Notes under the pieces: generated by a model | What the model was told of the DNA's origin: nothing | What the model saw: the letters and a program-made list of their open reading frames with translations, nothing else | Database searches by the model: none | Program-made: the position numbers and the translations under genes | Assembly (NCBI GenBank): GCA_000320545.1 | Contig: ADNK01000148.1 | Location: 1-56,947, forward strand | Reading direction: 5' to 3' | Length of the DNA: 56,947 nt | Source of the DNA: Bigelowiella natans CCMP2755 | Lineage: Eukaryota > Protista > Cercozoa | Shown here: positions 27,034-40,970 of the stretch, one piece after another | Numbering within the stretch: position 1 is the first letter of the stretch | Layout: each line of letters begins with the position of its first letter

Positions 27034-29367
27034 CTAATAGAGCACTATCCTTCTTTCTCTGCAAAGGAAGACAAACAGCTGTTTAGGTTCACAACTCACG
27101 GTTGTAGGTTTGTAGGGGGGGTGGGGGGGGGGGGTAGGGTCAATACTCGCGGTGATTCATATGCTACCTCCAAAGCGGGTATAGATGCGGATTCTTTCTT
27201 TTCCTCCTGTTTCCCAGAATTTTTCAAACTCCGTAATTTAATTGTATTACACTTGAGTTTTCTCTCATATTGTTCTGCCAAGCTCTGGTCTTGGAAGCTT
27301 ACTCTCTCCACAGTTATCTCTGTACCTGCGAGAAATAATGTTCAGGATACGGTAGTTCACTCTCTGCACCAACTCAGTATTCTAATAGACAAGCGAACAG
27401 GAAGCACAAGCATTTCTACAATATACCTTCTGATTTGTTATCTGCCAAATCAAACGATTTTGTACCGTAGTCGTAGTCATCGTCCGAGTCTTCCGAGAAC
27501 TCGTTGCCTTCTTCTGTTTGAATGGCAGAAAAGCTTACACTCTTCATATTGGTTCTATCCGCCTGAAAGCTGCCCGTTTGGAAGCTTGCCGACTCAAAAC
27601 CGGCAGTTTGGAACCCCCCAGACTCGGCGGCCACAGTTTTAAACCCAACACTTTTGAACCCACCACTATTGTTCGAGTCCACCCCTGTCTTCATCTTTGC
27701 CACTGTTCCATCCTTTGAGTCCACCCCCCTTTTCGTCTGAGCCACAGTTCCATATCCTTGACTAACAACCTTTCCTCTAGAAGTTGAACTGTTCGCTGCG
27801 AACGTCCGCATACCATTTGTCTTGCCCTCTGGGCGTTTTGCGCTTTTCTTTGCAGTTGCGGGTGGGGGAGCGAGATGTTGCTGGGGAAATGCTCCTTCCC
27901 CAGGTGAGCCCAAATTCTTTAACTTTTCCTTGCGTTGTATCCGAATTCGGTTCTTACATTCCTCTTCGAGAGGTGATGGCCCGCAAGCAGCTCTGTACAG
28001 GGCACTTGAGACAAAGGGATGCCCTAAAAGCTCGCGCGGGAGTGGTCGTTTTTTCGGATCTTTCTGGAGCATCTTCGTTAGGAGAGAGTGGAAATCCTCG
28101 GTCCATCTTGACCTGTGACTTAGCTTGGGAGCGGGATTTTTGAGGATAGCGCGCAGAATACCAAAGACCGATCTCATCTCGGCATGTGGTGGGACTCCCT
28201 CCGCTAGTTCCATAAAGGTTATAGCCAGTGACCAAACGTCGGATTGGAAGGAGGCACCGCGCTCTTCGATGACTTCTGGCGGCATCCAGAAAGGCGAGCC
28301 AACCACCCGTTTCGACTCATCACTCTTGGAGTCTAGTGTTGCATGGGCTGAAAAGAGTAGATCGTAGTTTTGTCAGGAATTGTGGTGAACAGTCAAAGGG
28401 TGGGTTTATGTGTGTGTGTGTGTGCGTGTGACGTACTTGAGGCGCTGAACGACACTCCAAAGTCAGTTATTTTCACTTGACCCTCTCTCGTCAATAGAAT
28501 GTTTGCAGCCTTTAGATCGCGATGGATTACTTTACGATTGTGAAGATAATTTAAGGCTTTGAGGGACATGGCACACACATATTGAATTTTCTCCTCTGGC
28601 AAGGGTCCGAATGTATCGAGAAAATCACGTAGGGAGCCTCCCCTGCAAAGCTCCATCAAAATCCAAAGTCGTTTACAATGATCCGGTCCCGCACAGCCGT
28701 AGAACGAGACAATGCCTTCATGCTTGCATTTCTTTAGGACATCGACTTCAGCCTTGATATCCTCTGGTTTTTCGCCGTTAATTTTCATGTCAATCATTTT
28801 TATTGCCATTTGCATACCGCTGCCGCGATGGAAGCCGAGGCAGACTGATCCAAAGGACCCCTTTCCCAACAGGCGTCCGACCAGAAAGTCTTTCTTGAGG
28901 TCGCTGTTATGCCACTCGTAGTTAACGTTGACGTGAGACACATGCTTGACATTGTAAGGTTTACTAACACCGGATTGCCTCTCCTTCTCCTTTTCCAGAA
29001 GCCAATTGAAAGCATGCACGTATATGTCACGTTCAGTTTCACTCATACATTGCAAGTCAAGAGTTCTGTTTGCAAATACGAGTGAGAAGCAGGCCATATC
29101 GGCACCTTTACCGTAGCTGGTCTGAAACACTGCTGTCTGTCTTCCGCTCAGTACCTTTTCCAATTCTTTGACTTTCGCTACTTTTGCCCCTTTAGTGGTG
29201 AGTTTTGCTGGAGTAGCAGCCCAACGCACCTCCTTGAAGTCGCGAGTACAAACCATAAAGCGCTTGTGGGGACGACTTTTCGCCACATGCTTAAGAAACC
29301 AGTTCGAAGTGATTAACTTGGTAGCGAGCTGATACTCGGATACATTTTTGCCATCTCTCTCTGACAT
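27034..29367 (-). CDS. STE20-family Ser/Thr kinase with N-terminal PH domain and CRIB-like motif
   Basis: PH (FLKHVAKSRPHKRF…VRW…CFSLVFANRTLDL…ERDIYVHAF), VSKPYNVKHVSHV, LGKGSFGSV, MAIK, HRDLKAANILL, DFG, intron, GSPFWMPPEVI, DVWSLAIT. The final small exons to 27034 are tentative. Confidence 0.93.
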
Positions 29368-30054
29368 CTTCTTGATTTAGTAAAAGGGGAGAACTGGCTC
29401 ACGTGCGTGTTATGTATCGTGGCAGCGCGAAGGAAAGTAGGCAGGATTCCTTAATTTCGATCAGCTCACGAAAGGAGAGTAGCGGCCCTGCATAGATCTG
29501 GCAAAGATACACCCTGGACACGTGGCAGAAGCCGTAACGCTTCACTCTGTCGCAGTTTTGGTCATACCTAGTGCGTTTTTTAAGGCGAAATTACGCAAAA
29601 CAAAAGGCTGCTGCTGCTGCTGCTCTACTACAAGGGAGCCTATGTCAACATCATTGATTTATTAAACTAGATCTAGATATACGAGTAACTCCCGACGAGG
29701 AAACTGTCCTGCCGAGAGCAAGAGGTTTCCTAGTCGTAACGTGGGGTCTCTCTCACCAAGAATAGATCGATCTCATCCATCATCTCTCGGTAGTAGCCCT
29801 TTTTTGTGATAGCGACAAGAGATTTCACCGCCAAAAAACTCCTTTTACTGGTGGTATGTGTGTTGCGACACGGTTTAGTCGTCAGCCGATGCTGGTAGAC
29901 TACCTCTCCTGTCCCTTTTCTTACATCCGATGTAGGAGTTACGCCTGTCGGATGGAGAGGAGTTATCCTTTCTGTTTGTGTTTGTGCCAAACCAGGAAGC
30001 TCTCTTTGCGTGGAATAATTATTGTGTGAACTCTCAGTTCATAACCCTCAGTTC

Positions 30055-31618
30055 ATGATTCTAGGCATTGCTTACCTCCTCATCCTCATCGTTGGTGGTG
30101 GAAGATGCTTGCAGTCCGCGCCGAAGAATGTTTATCGTGTCGGCATTTACAGAAACATGGTGTCTAGATACAGGGCCACGTTCGAGACGTAAGACGCCTT
30201 ATTTCAACCAATGTTTCCCTCTTTACTTATGTTCTGTCTCCAACAGGTACTTAACTGAAGAAGTTGGACCCTTATTCAATCCGCCGATTCGCTTCGAGGC
30301 CGTTGAGGTCTCTGGTATAAAAGACGTAATTTCGAACAAGAGCTTCGTAGACTTTGCCTTGTTCGATGCGAAAAGTATGGCATGCGTGATGATGGCGGGT
30401 GGTAGTTTGTCACCTTTGGCTACAAGATGTCGAGACGTGGGTGGAGGACTGTGCTCCGACGAGCTTGGGGCTACGATATTTGTGCGGCATGACAACGATG
30501 CCATAAACAGCACAATCGACCTACGGGACAAAAAAATAGGGATTTACAAAACTACCTACTTTCAGTCGTTTCAAATCCCAAACTACGAGATTCTGCAAGA
30601 TACAGGACTAGTGCTCTTTGCTGACGCCGCGCAAATTGTGACAAGAACCAGTTCAACCAATGCTTATCGAGAGGTCATTGATGGCAGCTTGGACGCTGCC
30701 TTCGTCTCTCAAGGAAAGCTTGAGGTCCAGTATCAATAAATTGTGACAATTTCATCCAATTGGCTTTTGTGGGTCGCTAAAGTTTTGTTTGCACTATTCT
30801 TACAGTCCCTGGAAAGGTCAGGTAGAGCAAACCTCTCCCTTGTCAAAGTGCTCCACCCAAGAACCACCACGAGCTCCGGGGCTCCCTCTCCTCTCCTTCT
30901 CTCCACCGAGACGTACCCAGAGTTCACTCTGTCATACTCGGGGAGGTTTTCTCAGGGGAACATGGAAGTGGTACGGAAGGTAACGAATGCGATTTTTGAC
31001 CTCAACGCGACGCACTCTGCAGCAGTGTCAGGTGGATATCTACGGTGGAACCTACCCTCTCCCGCCATCAGCGAAACAAGAGATCTTCTGGAGGACCTCG
31101 GTTTCGTCCCCATTGATGCACGCACCAAACAGAGAAAATGTGTCGGCCAACGCAGCAACATGTACGATGGAATTCGCTGCCCAAGCGGTTACTTTCTAGC
31201 CCTAGAAACGACTGTTAGCAAACAATGTCGCGAACAAAACATCTCCTGCCCTTCTGGTCGAGAGTGTATATGCAGGCCGTGTAAAAAGTCGCATGCGGTA
31301 AATATATTTGCTGGAATTCCAAGTGTTATTCCAATTCGTGATGGTATGATATCGTCGCTACCGTGCTCCAAGATGAAGGTATGCTACAACACCACTCAGT
31401 TGCAGCCGGTTAGGATGACTGTCTTTGACAATAAGTATACTGGAAAGCAGCTGCGATACTCATTGAAGATGGTATCCACTCTCGACGGATATCCCCTTGT
31501 GGGAACAGTCAATGCAAGCTCAAACTTCACGTACGAGTTTAAAATTGCAGGGAGAGAGGTCAGTATCAGCGTGTGCGGTGTGATGTGTGTACAATCTTCT
31601 TCTCCCCCCCCCCCTCTC

Positions 31619-31676
<58 letters not shown>

Positions 31677-32886
31677 TGTATGTGTGTCTGAAAAACTAAC
31701 CTCTACAAAACATACACGAGCACATCAAAGACTCTTGATGATGCCCACAATCACCCCTTTTCAGGTCGGGATTAGTGCGCTAGAAATATTCCTCGGTGGA
31801 GAGCAAGTTGAGTCTTCTCCTACTCTTATCAGAATCGAGCCCAGGCTCTGCAACGAAGGCGAAGTAGCTACTGTATTCGGAGAGTGCATGTCCAAAACCG
31901 ATCACTACATCCCAAGCTGGATGTCGGCAATCATACTATCCTTATTTTTCATCAGCTTTGCCATATGTCTGTTGCTTGCAGCATGGACCTATACCTTCAG
32001 GCAGAGTGCTATAGTGACTGCATCCCAAAAGAGCTTCCTGTACTTGATTTGTATTGGGACTGCTATCAGCCTGACGTCCATTCTGATGTTCCAATTCGAT
32101 GACAATCCTGACCCCGCCTCCACTTTTCCGACTGTCACGGAGGAATCGCTGGATACCTTGTGTGTTGCATCGTTCTGGGCCTACGGTATCGGTTTCTGCC
32201 TCACAATCGCAGCAATCTATGCGAAGCTTCTCAGGGCTAAAAATCTCACACTTGACACCCTCGATAAATCGAAGCTACGACGAAAAGCGAGCAACCGTGA
32301 ACCTTCGCAAAACAACATGACCCATTACTTCATGTTGATTTTCAAATCACTAGCTACTGAGGCTCTTCTGCTCACAATATGGACCGTCGTTGATCCACCT
32401 ACATGGGAGCGTGAGTGGTAATTGTAGTCCAGAATTGACATGAGATGTTGTTATAGTTGCACTAATCAATAGAGTTTCTCACAGTTCAGACAACACGTCA
32501 GAGGCCTGTTTCTCAGTTGGAAGATGCGCTGGAGGCACTCCCTCGGTCGTCTTTTACATCTCCATTCTGGTCATCCATTCTCTCGCCTTGGTTGCTGTGC
32601 TAATCCTGTGCTATGAGGTCAAGCTAATCAACACAAATCATATTTTGCAAAGGAATCCATGCTACACGGAACAAATCAGGGTGCTACGAAACGCTTCTAA
32701 GCTGCTTGATTTCCTTCCTATTGTATATCTGCAGGTACGCCTTGTGCCCGAGGAGTTTGCGGAACACAAGTGGATAACAGCCGCGTGTATGAGCTCACTC
32801 GAGGTACTACAGAAGATTGATTGCAATGACGATATAAAAATAATACCTCTCAATCTCCAACCTATGTTCCTATGCAAACGACAATA

Positions 32887-32935
<49 letters not shown>

Positions 32936-33683
32936 CACTGCACATACTCTATAGGTACATCTGGTTGCTTCGCTAGTATTAGCACTTACCTGGTACTCAA
33001 AATCAAAACCTTTGATCATGGCGTTACTAGTCTTCTTCAATGCTCTTCCCGTTCTGCTCATGATTTTCATCCCCAAGATGAGGGCGCACCATTTCGAAGT
33101 CTACAACGACAACGTAATGTTTGTGTGTGCGTGTGCTTTTCCCCAAAGTACGCGTCGTAGTCAAAGCTTCTGATCAAGTATGATATCTTAATCAATTGTC
33201 TTCTGGTAGACCTACACCGTGGAGGATGCTTTGCACAACATGAGGAAGAAAGTAGGTTTAACATGTGAAGTCGGGACTTGTCTTTTTCTTCCTCAATATT
33301 TCACATTTATCTAGGTGCGGAACTTTGAGTCGAAGAGCACGCTATCGAGCTCCAAGGACAGTAAAAGGAAACGTTCCGGACAGAGTAGTGAGAATTCTGG
33401 AGTATTCTCGAGGAATAGAAGGAATGAGGGAAAATCGATGGTACAGCTGTCATCATCATTATCTCCGAACACCCGCCACAAAATGTTTGGATCGGACCTT
33501 TCCTCAGCTGTAGGGAGCAGCAACCATAGCAGACAACAGACAAATACAACGAGTATAGAAGTGACCACCACGCGAGTGATGTTTGGATCAGACATATCCT
33601 CAGTTCTAGGACGTCCCACCCACTTCAGACAACAGACATATAATTCAGCAGTGAGAATAGAACGGGATAAAGCTTCAGTTTGA
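30055..33683 (+). CDS. Class C (7tm_3/GABA-B-like) GPCR-like receptor with phosphonate-binding-protein-like (type 2 PBP) ectodomain plus Cys-rich and Ig/filamin-like linker
   Basis: Signal peptide MILGIAYLLILIVGGG; TF|ETYLTEEVG…VDFAL…GATIFVRHDNDAINSTIDLRDKKIG…GSLDAAFV…STETYPEF…HSAAVSGG. 7TM motifs: IVTASQKSFLYLICIG, CVASFWAYGIGF…IYAKLLR, LLTIWTVVDP, PEEFAEHKWI, LLMIFIPK. Ser-rich tail. Confidence 0.85.
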
Positions 33684-34284
33684 TTTAGTAATGACCGGCA
33701 TCGCATGCATATTTTGCATCAAGTGTGGCTGTTTCATGTGCTCCTGCTCTCATGTGTGCACATATTTCGGCAATAACATCAAGTCTTTGATGGATAGAAA
33801 TCGTGACAACAACATGACAACGACGATGAAGTTCATGTCAGATGGAGTACGCACAACTTTCCAATTTCCCATTGTCGTGGCAAAATTCATCAAAGAAATA
33901 GTGCAATGGCAGAACATGCATCTAGTTACGATCTTCACGCAAGATTGATGATGTTCGTAGTGAGCTTGTAAGCACATATGCACATACAGCAAGCGCAACG
34001 GTCAGCAGCCGGCGCACTGCCATGCATCTTGTTACAGTTCTGTGCTAACATTTGCATCGTTCAGTCCTAGATAAATGATTGCAATATTGCATTGTTGGTG
34101 CTGCAACATGAACGAGGCGCTAGTTATCCAAAGGCGTTTCGTGGCGTCATCTTGCTCATAGTGATCTTTGCTACTGCTTCTTCAAACGTTAAACTTGCTA
34201 TGCAGAGACCAACTTGTACGTAATTTACAGGCGTCTAGGCTACATAGTAGGCATGGAGTGTGCACACAAAATTGCATGACTTCG

Positions 34285-35049
34285 TTATTTCACTCCCCCT
34301 TCAGCTACGGACTTCAGTTCACGAACCTATTATGTGTATTTATCAGAACACGTATGATTTCCCCTTTAAGATACAAGGCGAGCATACCCCCCTCCCCCCC
34401 CCCCCCCCCACATAAACAGACACAAGATATCTATAGATGTCATGTCTCTATACACACGCACACCATTTATCTCTACGTTTATAATCCACGTGTATGCGGT
34501 GCCACCTGGAAGTTAAATGTGTCCGTAACGTAAGCGGCGTCATCAGCGCCCACAGCAATCATTGAAGGGAGCTTGAACCTTTACCATGAAAAGAAGAAGA
34601 AGAAGCAACTGAAATGAAGCGAATTGGCAGAAATTGCCTTAATATGTGCGTGCTTTATACACATACGCAATCACATAGCGAAACATCCTCAAACCTTGCT
34701 GTGTGCCCCATTCCATCCAGAAGGCGCCCTTTTGCTGTGAGAATTAGTGGGGAAGATGGTTTTAAAAATCCCTTTTTAAGATTATTGGAAATATATCATT
34801 ATTCGTTTGAAAATGATGCCAAGTATTTATGTGATGAGGGGAGGGGGAAAGTACGCCAGCCAGGGTCTTCGGGATCTTGTGGATCATCCTGAGAAGTATT
34901 GCCCGAAGGGTAACGATAAACAAAGTCGTCATTTTAATCTGAATGAGAGACTTTTTCATGTTGGAACCCATTTAATGTACATTTGATTGTGATGGAGTAT
35001 CTGTCAATCCTACATGTGCCAAAAAAGCTATTCACTACTAGGAGTAGTT

Positions 35050-35080
<31 letters not shown>

Positions 35081-35367
35081 CAATAGCATTCTGTTTGTAA
35101 AGCAAGATTATCATCTTTCATTCATCACATCTGGTGCATCGGGCAGAAAGAACTCAAAGGGAACACCATCGACACTCCATTTTTGCGTGCTGAACATGGA
35201 GAGAGAGAGAGAGAAAGAGAAGGGATGGGAGAGGGGGGGAGAGGGAGGGGGGGGGGGTTTAAGAAGAATAAGGGAAAAGGAGAGGACGTACTCTCTTAAT
35301 ATGATATACACATTCTCAAATCCCTGTGCCTTCTTTTCCCAACCACCCCCCCTCTCTCTCTACACGC

Positions 35368-35408
<41 letters not shown>

Positions 35409-35884
35409 TGTGTATGCATTATCATGCATATTCCACTAATCATATCGGGTCAGAAAGGATGAATGCTTAATCTGTGATCTGCTAATAATCTGCTCCTTCA
35501 TCATTACTTCACGGAGAACGGCTTGCCCGCTATCGTAGTCACTTCGCCAGTAGGGTTTATCCTCCGAACCCGATTCCCATATTGTTCTGTGTGGAGAATA
35601 GCTTTCAGCGTGGGGAAGGAAGCTGTGAAATCCAAAGCTGCGAAAAAAGTATTGGAGGTAGGAAGGGTGGAGCATGTACCTACGACGAAGAGGTTGTCGC
35701 GGCTATCGAACGCCAGCCCTACTGGACTGAAGAAGAGGGCCTGGAAATAATTCATCTGATCATTATCACCATTTTCATCGCATTTCTATGCTTTTGGTTG
35801 GTTGTGTGCAGAATATGCCTGCATGCATATCATCTTCCAATTCCCCCTCCCCCCCATCCTCAGAGGAGACTTTGAGTAATCGTG

Positions 35885-35939
<55 letters not shown>

Positions 35940-36278
35940 TATTTGCTGCGACAGTGGTCCGAGATCCATCGATGTCCCCCTTATCAGCACCAGAGTACGT
36001 TGTCACGACGCCTTGGGATACGTCTATCTTCCTTATCCTGCAAACCAAAAAAGGAGAATAAGACAAAGAGACGCAAGGGTGCTTTTAGATCATTGTTCGT
36101 ACGCGATTCTACTTGTGATTGTATGTTTTCACAAACGACACTAGGTTGTTTGTTTCTGCTCCTTGTTTACTACTACTTGTGGTCGTATGGGCTGGTGGCA
36201 TCAATAGGGCCGTCAGCAATGAAGATGTTTCCCTTAGAATCTAACGCAATGCCTCTTGGACACTGTTATGGTGGTGGG

Positions 36279-36319
<41 letters not shown>

Positions 36320-37095
36320 GGGGTAAAAAAAGTCAAAAATGAAGAACAGGATGATGATGACGATGATGATGATGATGATGATAATGATGATGAAGAAGAA
36401 GACAGAGGAGAGGGTAGGAAGACTGATGGAAGGTGAATAAAGCAATTGGTGGTGCTGCTACTCCTGCTACTTGTTATTATTACTTTTTGCAGCATCCTCT
36501 TCTTCAATGTGTGATAAAAAAGATCAATCAACACCATCATTTCTCCTCCCCCCCCTCCTCTGATAAACTACTGTTGTCTTACCATAAACTTCGCAATCGA
36601 CACAGGGCCATCCCTGAATCCTCCACAGGGCAGGTCAACTGGGAATTCAACACACACACATTACATCTATGTATTGATATATTTCCTACTTATATCATCA
36701 CCATAATCATAATCATCAATCATCAATCATCATCGTCGTCATCATCCTCATCAACGCTGCTGCTGCAAGTAGCGTGACACATTCTCTTTAGATGCAGTGT
36801 GAAATTAGTTACGGGGTTCTCTGAGATCTTTCTCCCTTGCTTCCTTCGTTCTTAGACGGTGGGTGTCTGGTAGGAGTCCGAGGGGGTCTCGCAGCTTGCG
36901 TTCCCTTTCATAACGGGGATCTCGAGGTATCTTAGGGATGAAGAACAAGAAGAAGAAGAAGAAGAAGAAGAAGAAGAAGAAGAAGAAGAAGAAAAGGAAG
37001 AAAAAGATCGTGATGATAATCGGTAAGCTTCCTCCACAGACTTCCTCCCAATATCATTTGTATACATATCATTCCTCTCTTTCGTGTGTGTGTGG

Positions 37096-37133
<38 letters not shown>

Positions 37134-38077
37134 GATCTACCTCCTGGCCTTCACGGAGCACATACTTTGCCGGTAGCTCTCCGTCATTCTCCTTCATATA
37201 CCGAAGAGCGTTCTTGATCTCTTCGTTAACCTCCCTCTCCCTCTCCTCCGAGTCCACATCATCGCTCAAAGCTTCGAGCGCAGCTTCGATGTCTATTTTT
37301 GCTTCCCCTGATGCTTGGACGCCGCCGTTCTCGTTGTCAACTTCGTCAACTTCCATCGGAGGCTGTGCGCGGTCATTACGAGATCCAGCTGCTGCCCCCC
37401 CCCGTAGATTTCCTCCCCCGTTCTTGACGGAGGGGGGAGGCGAAGATGTAATTATGGCATCGTCGCTGGCTCTTTGTTCCCCTGCTTCTCCTTGCTTAGC
37501 TTCATCCTGGTCATCTTCGTAGTAACTGCTTGAGTAGTACTCCGAGCAACTACCCATTGTTACAAGCGGACGGATGGGGGGTGCGGGTCGGTCGGGAGAA
37601 ACGAAGAAGTGTGCAAGAGCGAACAATAACGCAGGTACATAATAATAGTAATACTAATAAAACTGAAAACAGCAGGAAACATCATACAGATTCTGCATAA
37701 GCGAAACGGAAAGGCGGAGATGAAGAAGCATACTGCGTGCATTGTGATTTGAATACTTACTCATCATTCGCTCCTCCTCCTCCTCCTCCCCCAGCAGCAC
37801 TCATGGGTTCATCATTATCGTCAGGTTCTCCATCCTGGCCATTCTCGTCGAGATAATAGCCGATTCCGTGCTCTCCCGTCGTGAATACATATCCCTTCTT
37901 CTTGCCAGTGAAATCGTCCGAAGGGATATACATCCTATGGTATCTCCGCTACAGAAGATCAGTTTTCGGAGCAGCGAGCGAGCGCACAAAAGAGAGATTT
38001 CAGATGATGAAAATGATATCGTATACACCAACTCAGCAGCCCAAGAAAACAGGCTACGAGCACAAGCCTTTTGTGTA

Positions 38078-38113
<36 letters not shown>

Positions 38114-38485
38114 TGTGCGCGCGTGTTTGAAATATAATTGCACCCGCGCATCGTTCCTGGAAGATGCAGGTTTGACTTCAACATCGACGAACCCAGTCTC
38201 GAGCTCAGGCCTATACTCTCTGTATAGCTCATGGAGATATGGGAGAGGTGAGGGAGTGGGAGCGCGGGATAAGGATGATGATGATGGGTCATCTGGAAAC
38301 AAGCGTTTGTAGTTCCGCATGCTTTCTGGCTGCTGTGCTTCTGGAAGACGGTTGTGCTCACGAGCCTCCTCTGGTTTAGAACAATAGTAATAGTAGCACA
38401 AGGGCAGGAGGAGGAGGAGGAGGAGGAGGAGGAGGAGGTTGAGGAGGAAGAGCATTGTCCTGGCGTATACATGTGCGTGTGTGTG

Positions 38486-38565
<80 letters not shown>

Positions 38566-39615
38566 AAGAGTAGTGTGTCCGTTGGCTGTTATAGGGAAGA
38601 GTGTCCTGATCTCAAACAACCTGGTGTCCGAGCGACGATGCCTTGCTGACCAGGTAGCAACCCACGGGAGGCTGCTAGGAACTAAGCGTATTAACATATA
38701 AATACATATACTGACACATGATTGCATTCAGCAGCCATAGCATATAAATCCATCAATTGCTGCTGGGAAGACTACTGCAATGTAGTATCCCATTAGTAGT
38801 AGTAGTTGTAGTAGTAGTAGTAGTAGTAGTACAAATTCCTCCGTGATGTTATCAAGCATTCTTCCATAGCAAGCGAGCTCCTTCCCTTCCGGTGAGTACT
38901 TTCGAATCTTGAATAAAATAATTAAACACATCACCAAACTTATCGCTATCGCCATCGCCGTTGTCATTCTCCCTATGTTCTCCAAATCAGCGGTAAGATG
39001 GATCCCTCTCCCTTCTTCCAAGGTTATTCAACCCAAATTAAGGTTGGTCTTCTTGCAAAAGAAATGGAAACCTTGCATGCGCCGGTATCTGCCACATACA
39101 CATTATCGTCTTTATCGACCGCAATATCGTTTCTGAAAGGAGGAGGAATAGGTGGATAATTAGGAGGAGGAGGAGGAGGAGGAGGTCAACAGGGCGGTAG
39201 AAGGAAAATGAGAGAATTAGACAGACGATATTAACATCGTTCAGGATGATCTGTCCTTTCTTAAATCAGTAGATTTGCTATGCTTCGAATAATACGTATT
39301 TGGTAGCAGCACCGAGAATGATATTAATCCTAGCAAATCGGCAAGTGATTCATCAACAGAGAGAACGATGACGATCGGAATCTATGGCTAAACGTGGGCA
39401 TGCTTCCATTCGTGTGGTGGGTGCCTTTATGCACGGTGGGATAGCAAAGATGCGCACGATCATCCATCATCTCCCCCCCCCCACCCCCCATCTTCTCGCC
39501 CACATTACGGTGCAGACAACGAGTGCTTTTGCCCTCGAATAGCCATGCTCCCATCCGGTAATCGGCCGGCAAAATGCGTAACCATTAGGCCCAAGTGCTT
39601 CCCTTGATAATGAGG

Positions 39616-39647
<32 letters not shown>

Positions 39648-40106
39648 TGTAGTGGAGGGATGTGGATGAGTATGGAGGAGGAGGAGGAGGAGAAGGAGGA
39701 GGAGGAGGAGGAGGAGGCGTAGGTGTAGATAGTGGGCAAAACAGATGGAAGAATGTTACAGAATAGAGGCATTAAAACAAGGAAAAGACAGGAGAGAAAA
39801 GATACTGATGGAGAAGGGGGGTGAGGAGTGTAATTTTTTTTTCACTAGCCCTCCATCTCTATTTCTGTGCGTCGTAATACGACGACCGACGAGGACTATT
39901 ACTACTACTACCTGAGGAAATCTTGCGTACGGCGTGATTGGCAGAATCCGCCACGAATATGTCGCCCTTCGAGTTTACAGCAATACCTAATTACCGTGAG
40001 AGATCATGCACAAAAATAGAAAATGAGGCTTTCCTTTTGATGTTATTTGTTATTATAGAGGTGAGCATAGCTGATAGTGCATGCCAAAATCATCATCATC
40101 ATCATT

Positions 40107-40138
<32 letters not shown>

Positions 40139-40634
40139 TCACCATTATCTTCACACCGTGGTCATCGTTACCATCATTATCATCATTATCATCATAAATT
40201 TCTTGTTGCCCTCGGAGGTAAAACAACCTTGTGGAGAGTTAAACCTTGCTCCTCGTGCTAAACATTTAGGACGAAATCAACCATTGTTCTCTCTCATTCC
40301 ACCTCTCTTTCTCCCTCCCCTCTCTCTTCCTCTTCCATGCTCTCCCTCAACAAATTCATTTCAGCGCCAGCAAACGGAGAGCCTTTATGTTTCGCAGTGT
40401 TCCACAGCCATATTCCTTTGTTATATCTTGTGAAATGTACATTTATAGGGTCATGGTTCTTACCAGCTCCGTCGTTATAAAGATGGCTCGGCTCTGGGAG
40501 CTTGGGGGCCAAAAAACTGGTCTCGTCCACGGCGATGACAGGTTCCTGCTACATTCAACCAGTCAGAAACATTCAAATCACGTGCAATTTTGCCCAGCCC
40601 TCGCGGAGCGGGTTTATGTCCTCCTCTACAAAGC

Positions 40635-40679
<45 letters not shown>

Positions 40680-40687
40680 ACTCACTA

Positions 40688-40727
<40 letters not shown>

Positions 40728-40905
40728 TTATATACACATAAATAAGTTAAGTTTGGATATATTTCTAGACCTTGAGACTCTCTTTTAGGCCCTCAACCTC
40801 ACCGATTCCCGCAATGGTCTCAATCTGACGAATAGAAAGAAAAAGTAAGGAGGAAGAAGAAGCACTGCGCTGACTCGCGCGCTTCCTACTCCATTTTTAC
40901 CGCTA

Positions 40906-40970
<65 letters not shown>

